DNA of 64,000 bases. Origin: an uncultured Thermoleophilia bacterium (GTDB taxonomy: Bacteria > Actinomycetota > Thermoleophilia > UBA2241). The notes under the pieces were generated by a model. It saw nothing but the letters and a program-made list of their open reading frames with translations, searched no databases and was not told where the DNA came from. Positions 59,224 to 64,000 of this stretch are shown piece after piece. The position numbers and the translations under genes were made by a program. The stretch spans positions 93,023 to 157,022 of the forward strand of contig CAWIDR010000037.1 of NCBI GenBank assembly GCA_963834905.1, in the 5' to 3' direction. Numbering within the stretch: position 1 is the stretch's first letter; every line of letters starts with the position of its first letter.

Positions 59224-60556
59224 CGGGGCCTCCGTCTGCTGGTGAGGTGGCGGACGCAGGGGAGGGGCGGACGAGCTGACGGTCGCGGACGACCACCTCG
59301 CCGCCGGCGATGACCCCGGTCACGAGATTGACGCCCCAGTGATAGGGCAGTTCCTGATGGGTCCCCGAGTCGAGGACGAGCAGGTCGCAGCGCTTGCCCG
59401 GCTCGAGGCTGCCGACCTCGTGCTGGAGGCCGAGCGCTGCCGCGCCGCCGATCGTGGCGGCGCGGAGGGCCTCGGCCGGCGTCAGCCGGTCCTCCTGGCA
59501 GGCGAGCGAGATGGCCATCTGCAGGTTCTCGCTGTAGCAGCTGCCCGGGTTGAAGTCGGTGGCGAGCGCGATGGTGACGCCGGCGGCGAGCAGTTCCTTC
59601 GCCGGCGCGTACGTCGTGTGCAGCGTGTAGCTCGTACCCGGCAGAAGCACGGCGACGGTGCCCGATTCCTTGAGGGCGGCGATGTCCTCGCCGGTGATGT
59701 GGATGAGATGGTCGGCGGAGACGGCGCCGAGCGAAGCGGCCAGCGCCGTCCCCCCGGTGTGCGCCAGCTCCTCGGCGTGGATCTTGAGCCGGTAGCCGAG
59801 GGCGCGGCCTGCCTCGAGCACGCGCCGCGCCTGCGCGACGGTGAAAGCGCCCTCGTCGCAGAAGACGTCGACGAACTCGGCCCCGCCGGCGAGCGCCGGC
59901 AGGATCTCGCCGATCACGAGATCGAGGTACTCGTCGTCCCGGCCGGCGTACTCCTCGGGCGTCAGGTGCGCGGCGAGCACGGTGTGAACGCGGTGCACCG
60001 GATGCGGGACCTTGGCGGCGCGCAGCTGCTTGCGCTCGTCCGCGAGCGTCAGGCCGTAGCCGGTCTTGGCCTCGAGCGTCGTGGTGCCGTGCCGCAAGAA
60101 GGAGTCGAGGCGGCGCGCTGCCAGGGCGGCGAGCTGCTGCTCCGTCGCCGCCCGCGTCGCGCGCACCGTGCTGTTGATGCCGCCGCCGGCCTCCTGGATC
60201 TCCAGGTACGTGGCGCCGCCCAGTCGGGCGCCGTACTCCGCCGCCCGTTCGCCCGCCCACGTCAGGTGCGTGTGGGCGTCGACGAAGCCGGGCACCACGG
60301 CGGCGCCCTCCACGTCGACGACGAGCGCGTCGTCCGGGACCTCCAGGGCGGCGGCGACCGCGGACTCCGGACCGGTCCAGACGACGCGGCCGTCGCGCGA
60401 GGCGACGGCGCCGCGCGGGACCACGCCGAGGTCGACGGAGGCGCCGGGGCCGGCGGGCGCGGCCTGCCCGGCGCCGGCGGCCATGGTCACGACCTCGCTC
60501 GCGCCGCGCACGAGCAGGTCGCAGCGGACGCGGGGCCGCGCTCCTCCGGTGTCCAT
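59219..60556 (-). CDS. hutI: Imidazolonepropionase
   Basis: VVPGFVDAHTHL, GGGINSTV, TTLEAKTGYGL, KIHAEEL, SADHL, TDFNPGS. Confidence 0.85.
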   Translation of the reverse strand: MDTGGARPRVRCDLLVRGASEVVTMAAGAGQAAPAGPGASVDLGVVPRGAVASRDGRVVWTGPESAVAAALEVPDDALVVDVEGAAVVPGFVDAHTHLTWAGERAAEYGARLGGATYLEIQEAGGGINSTVRATRAATEQQLAALAARRLDSFLRHGTTTLEAKTGYGLTLADERKQLRAAKVPHPVHRVHTVLAAHLTPEEYAGRDDEYLDLVIGEILPALAGGAEFVDVFCDEGAFTVAQARRVLEAGRALGYRLKIHAEELAHTGGTALAASLGAVSADHLIHITGEDIAALKESGTVAVLLPGTSYTLHTTYAPAKELLAAGVTIALATDFNPGSCYSENLQMAISLACQEDRLTPAEALRAATIGGAAALGLQHEVGSLEPGKRCDLLVLDSGTHQELPYHWGVNLVTGVIAGGEVVVRDRQLVRPSPASATSPADGGPA

Positions 60557-60558
60557 CG

Positions 60559-62079
60559 TCAGGCTCCTTCGCGCACGATAGCCGCGAACCGTCCGGCGGC
60601 GACGGCCTCCGCCGCCGCCTCGAGCTCGGGCGCCAGGTACCGGTCGCGCCCGAGCGTGGGCGCGAACGCGCGGATCACGGCCCGCCCGGCGCCGGTACCG
60701 GGGCCGGGCTCCAGCGGCGCCAGCAGGTCGATCGCCTGGGCGGCGCAGACGGCCTCGATGCCCAGCACCTTCTGCGCATTGCCGAGCACGTCGAGCGCCT
60801 TGAGCGCCGCGGTCATGCCCATGCTCACGTGGTCCTCCTGGTCCCCGGAACTGGGGATCGAGTCCACGCTCGCCGGATGACACAGCACCTTGTTCTCGCT
60901 CACCAGCGCCGCCGCGGTGTACTGGGCGATCATGTAGCCGTTGTTCAGGCCGCTGTCGGTGGTGAGGAACGGCGGCAACTCGCTGAGCGAGCTGGTCAGC
61001 ATGCGGAACGTGCGCCGCTCGCTGATGGAGGCGATCTCCGCCAGGCTCATCGCCGCGAGGTCCAGCGCCAGCGCGAGCGGCTCACCGTGGAAGTTGCCGG
61101 CCGAGATGATCTCGCCCGAGTCCGGGAAGATGAGCGGGTTGTCCGTGACGGAGTCGACCTCGACGCCGACGACGCGGCGCAGCCAGGCGAGCCCGTCGCG
61201 GCAGGCGCCGTGCACCTGCGGGATGCAGCGCAGCGAGTACGCGTCCTGCACCTTGTCGCAGTTGAGGTGGCTGAGCATGATCGCGCTGCCGGCGGTGGCG
61301 TGCCGCACATTGGCCGCCGTCACGAGCTGGCCGGGGATGGGCCGCAGCGCCTGGATGCGCTCCTCGAAGGGGCCGACGGAGGCGCGCAGGCCCTCGAGAC
61401 TCATCGCGCCGATCAGATCGGCCGAGTCGAGGAGCGCCTCGCCGTCGGCGACGAGCATGCAGCCGATGGCGGCCATGAACTGGGTGCCGTTGAGGAGGCT
61501 GAGGCCCTCTTTGGCCTCGAGCGAGAGGGGCGCGAGCCCGGCGGCCTGCAGGGCAGGCCCGCTCGGCTCGCGCCGCCCGTCCTCCGTCAGCAGCTCACCC
61601 TCGCCCATCATGGCGAGCACGAGGTGTGCGGAAGGGGCGAGGTCGCCGGAGGCGCCCAGCGAGCCCCGCGACGGCACCCACGGCACGATGTCGGCGTTGA
61701 TGCACGCGGCAAGGTGTTCGGCCACCGAGAGCCTCACGCCCGAGTGGCCGCGCGCCATCGTGTTCAGGCGGATCGTCATCGCCCCGCGCACGACCTCGCG
61801 CGAGAGCGGCGCTCCGAGCCCGACGGCGTGGCTGCGCACCAGGTTCTGCTGCAGCTCCTGCACCTTGTCTACCGGGATGTGTGTCGTCGCCAGCAGGCCG
61901 AAGCCGGTGGTCACGCCGTAAGCGACCTGCTCGCGCGCGATCACACCGGCGACCACGTCGTAGGCGGCGTTGATGCGCTCGCGCGCGGCCGCGCCGATGG
62001 ACACCTCGGCCCCGCCGCGTGCGACGGCGATGACCTCATCGATGGTGAGCGGCGCGTCGCCGATGACGAGCTGCGTCAT
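60559..62079 (-). CDS. hutH: Histidine ammonia-lyase (canonical, MIO-forming)
   Basis: [25 protein letters not shown] (Ala-Ser-Gly triad), [22 protein letters not shown]. Confidence 0.9.
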   Translation of the reverse strand: MTQLVIGDAPLTIDEVIAVARGGAEVSIGAAARERINAAYDVVAGVIAREQVAYGVTTGFGLLATTHIPVDKVQELQQNLVRSHAVGLGAPLSREVVRGAMTIRLNTMARGHSGVRLSVAEHLAACINADIVPWVPSRGSLGASGDLAPSAHLVLAMMGEGELLTEDGRREPSGPALQAAGLAPLSLEAKEGLSLLNGTQFMAAIGCMLVADGEALLDSADLIGAMSLEGLRASVGPFEERIQALRPIPGQLVTAANVRHATAGSAIMLSHLNCDKVQDAYSLRCIPQVHGACRDGLAWLRRVVGVEVDSVTDNPLIFPDSGEIISAGNFHGEPLALALDLAAMSLAEIASISERRTFRMLTSSLSELPPFLTTDSGLNNGYMIAQYTAAALVSENKVLCHPASVDSIPSSGDQEDHVSMGMTAALKALDVLGNAQKVLGIEAVCAAQAIDLLAPLEPGPGTGAGRAVIRAFAPTLGRDRYLAPELEAAAEAVAAGRFAAIVREGA

Positions 62080-62960
62080 GTCGTCCTTCTCCTCTTGATC
62101 GCCTCTCCGAGCAGGCGCGCGAGCTCGGACGGGGAAGCCGCCACCGGGATGCCGGCCGCCTCGAGAGCGGCGGCCTTGGTCGCGGCCGTGCCTGACGTAC
62201 CCTCCACGATGGCCCCGGCGTGGCCCATCCGGCGGCCCGGCGGCGCACTGTGGCCGGCCACGTAGGCGACGACCGGCTTGCTCATGTGGTCGCGGATGTG
62301 CAGCGCCGCCCGCTCCTCGTCGTCGCCGCCGATCTCGCCGATGAGCGCGACGCCCTCGGTCTCGCGGTCGGCCTCAAAGAGCTCCAGACACTCGATGAAG
62401 CCGATGCCGTGGACGGCGTCGCCGCCCATGCCGACGGCGGTGGACTGACCGATACCGGCCTGCGTGAGCTCGTGCACGACCTCGTAGGTCAGCGTGCCCG
62501 AGCGCGAGACCACGCCGGCGGCGCCGGGCATGAAGATCTCCGACGGCATGATGCCGGCGCTGCAGCGGGCGGGCGTGATGAGCCCGGGGCAGTTGGGACC
62601 GATGAGCCTGGCGCCGCGCCGCGGCAGGTGCGCCATGACCTCCGCCATGTCGCGCACCGGGATGCCCTCGGTGATGCAGACGATGAGCTTGATGCCCGCG
62701 TCGGCCGCCTCGAACAGCGCGTCGCGGGTGCGCGGCGCCGGCACGAAGATGACGGAGACGTCGGCGCGGATGTGAGCGACGGCCTCATGGACGCTGTCGA
62801 AGACGGGGACGCCGTCCACCGTCTCACCGCTGTGTCCCGGCGTCACGCCGGCGACGACGTTGGTCCCGGAGGCGAGCATGCGGCCCGTATGGAACGCACC
62901 CTCGCGGCCGGTGACGCCCTGTACGAGCACGCGGGTGGCGTTGTCGATGAGGATCGCCAT
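62076..62960 (-). CDS. sucD: Succinyl-CoA synthetase (ADP/GDP-forming) alpha subunit
   Basis: [34 protein letters not shown] (phospho-His loop). Confidence 0.85.
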   Translation of the reverse strand: MAILIDNATRVLVQGVTGREGAFHTGRMLASGTNVVAGVTPGHSGETVDGVPVFDSVHEAVAHIRADVSVIFVPAPRTRDALFEAADAGIKLIVCITEGIPVRDMAEVMAHLPRRGARLIGPNCPGLITPARCSAGIMPSEIFMPGAAGVVSRSGTLTYEVVHELTQAGIGQSTAVGMGGDAVHGIGFIECLELFEADRETEGVALIGEIGGDDEERAALHIRDHMSKPVVAYVAGHSAPPGRRMGHAGAIVEGTSGTAATKAAALEAAGIPVAASPSELARLLGEAIKRRRTT

Positions 62961-64000
62961 CAGGCTTCTCCTCCCGGCGCGTCGGTCGCGGCGGCATCGG
63001 CAGCCGCGGTCTCCATGGCCGCTGCGACTTCGACCGCCGCAGCGAGGGCGACCTCAGCCGTTCCCACTCCGGTCTCGCGCTTGCGCGCGATGTCGACCAC
63101 GAGCTGCACCGCCTCATCCGGGTCCAGCGCCAGCGTGACGTTGGGGAGGGCGGCGGCCTCGAGCACGGCGTGGCCCTCCTCGGCGGCGTTACCGTCGAGG
63201 CGCACCACGACGGGGGCGTCCACGCCCGCCGCCTTGATCGCCTCGACGAGTCCCTTGGCGACGTCCTCGCAGCGGGTGATGCCGCCGAAGATGTTGACGA
63301 GCACGGCGGCGACCGGCGGTCCGGCGAACACGGCCTCGAGGGCCGCCTGCGCGACCTCGGAGCGTGCGCCGCCGCCGATGTCGCAGAAGTCCGCGGCCTT
63401 GCCGCCCGCTACCGCGATCTGGTCGATCGTGCTCATCACGAGCCCGGCGCCGTTGCCGATGACGCCTATGTCGCCGTCCAGCGGGACGAACGCAAGGCCC
63501 GCGGCGCGGGCCTTGGCCTCGCGCACGTCCTCGGGCGCCGGAGCCACCATGTCGGGGTGCCGGTAGAACGCGTTCTCGTCGACCGTGACCTTGCTGTCGA
63601 GGCACACGAGCTCGCCGCCGCTGGTGAGGACGAGCGGGTTGACCTCGGCCAGCGTGGCATCACGGTCGCGATACAGCCTCCACAGCGCCCGGCAGACCGC
63701 GGCCAGCGCCTTGCCGGCCCCGGTACCGCCCGGTTCTTCGGGGCCGAACGCGGCCGCCTCGACCACATCGCGCACCTGGTACTCGAGCAGGCCGAGCAGC
63801 GGGTCGATGGGGCGGCGCACGATGGCGTCCGGCGCTCGCTTGCGAGCTCCTCGATGTCCACTCCGCCCTCGCGCGCGAAGATCAGCATGGGTCCGCGGAC
63901 CTCGCGCGAGACGGTGATCGCGAGGTAGAGCTCGCGCGCGATGTCGACGGCCCGCTCGACGAGCAGCGCCTCGACGGGGTGGCCGTGGATGGACATGGCG
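62960..64000 (-). CDS. sucC: Succinyl-CoA synthetase beta subunit, 5'-truncated by the window edge; frameshift ~63845; Ala-rich C-terminal extension
   Basis: [49 protein letters not shown]. Confidence 0.8.
   Translation of the reverse strand, partial: RHVHPRPPRRGAARRAGRRHRARALPRDHRLARGPRTHADLRARGRSGHRGARKRAPDAIVRRPIDPLLGLLEYQVRDVVEAAAFGPEEPGGTGAGKALAAVCRALWRLYRDRDATLAEVNPLVLTSGGELVCLDSKVTVDENAFYRHPDMVAPAPEDVREAKARAAGLAFVPLDGDIGVIGNGAGLVMSTIDQIAVAGGKAADFCDIGGGARSEVAQAALEAVFAGPPVAAVLVNIFGGITRCEDVAKGLVEAIKAAGVDAPVVVRLDGNAAEEGHAVLEAAALPNVTLALDPDEAVQLVVDIARKRETGVGTAEVALAAAVEVAAAMETAAADAAATDAPGGEA

Noticed and set aside
62960-64000. ATP-grasp protein considered as a possible PylC; the AAA ATPase and other ORFs were screened as possible PylS/PylB/PylD.
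   Set aside because: The ATP-grasp ORF has clear SucC motifs and is coupled to SucD. No ORF shows class II aaRS, radical-SAM (CxxxCxxC) or PylD-like features, so the pyl genes are not in this window.

Overview
Very GC-rich bacterial chromosomal window (third codon positions are almost all G/C), with about 54 genes in dense operons on both strands. I recognised no rRNA, tRNA, CRISPR array or transposase.

Gene content, left to right:
1. 68-10465: a cytoplasmic group-3 [NiFe] hydrogenase (MvhG/MvhA-like) with its maturation protease, then hdrC-hdrB-hdrA, mvhD and three Flx/Asr-like FeS/flavoprotein genes.
2. 10591-14720: dapF, an ICMT-family methyltransferase, a truncated RibD_C remnant, a Tat-signal esterase, an FeS protein and a PAP2 phosphatase.
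3. 14807-37544: a methylated-amine island.
   - A HAL-family lyase that lacks the MIO triad, and an AAA+ ATPase.
   - A minus-strand operon mtbB-mttB-mttB-like-adh, in which mtbB and mttB each carry a single in-frame TAG exactly where archaeal MtbB/MttB carry pyrrolysine.
   - Three further non-Pyl MttB-family genes.
   - An operon of SDR, FGGY kinase, FAD oxidase and EtfB/EtfA-like genes that resembles the E. coli ygc cluster.
   - Lrp, panB and an aminotransferase.
4. 37541-51595: TetR plus a tungsten-type aldehyde:ferredoxin oxidoreductase, glpD, a GntR/HutC regulator and an Opp/Dpp-type ABC transporter.
5. 51651-64000: a tightly coupled minus-strand operon, sucC-sucD-hutH-hutI-ftcD(N)-enolase superfamily-sdaA-xdh(L,S,M).

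Regulatory observations: a 22-bp palindrome recurs at the mtbB, TetR/AOR and ABC-transporter promoters, and a second promoter/operator architecture is duplicated at 26052 and 31913.

Data quality: I count roughly 30-35 single-nucleotide frame disruptions in otherwise conserved genes. Many sit in short homopolymers and some occur as compensating pairs. This looks like indel-type assembly error rather than real pseudogenisation.

Limits: all family calls rest on motifs I recognise by eye in the supplied translations. No alignments or database searches were run.
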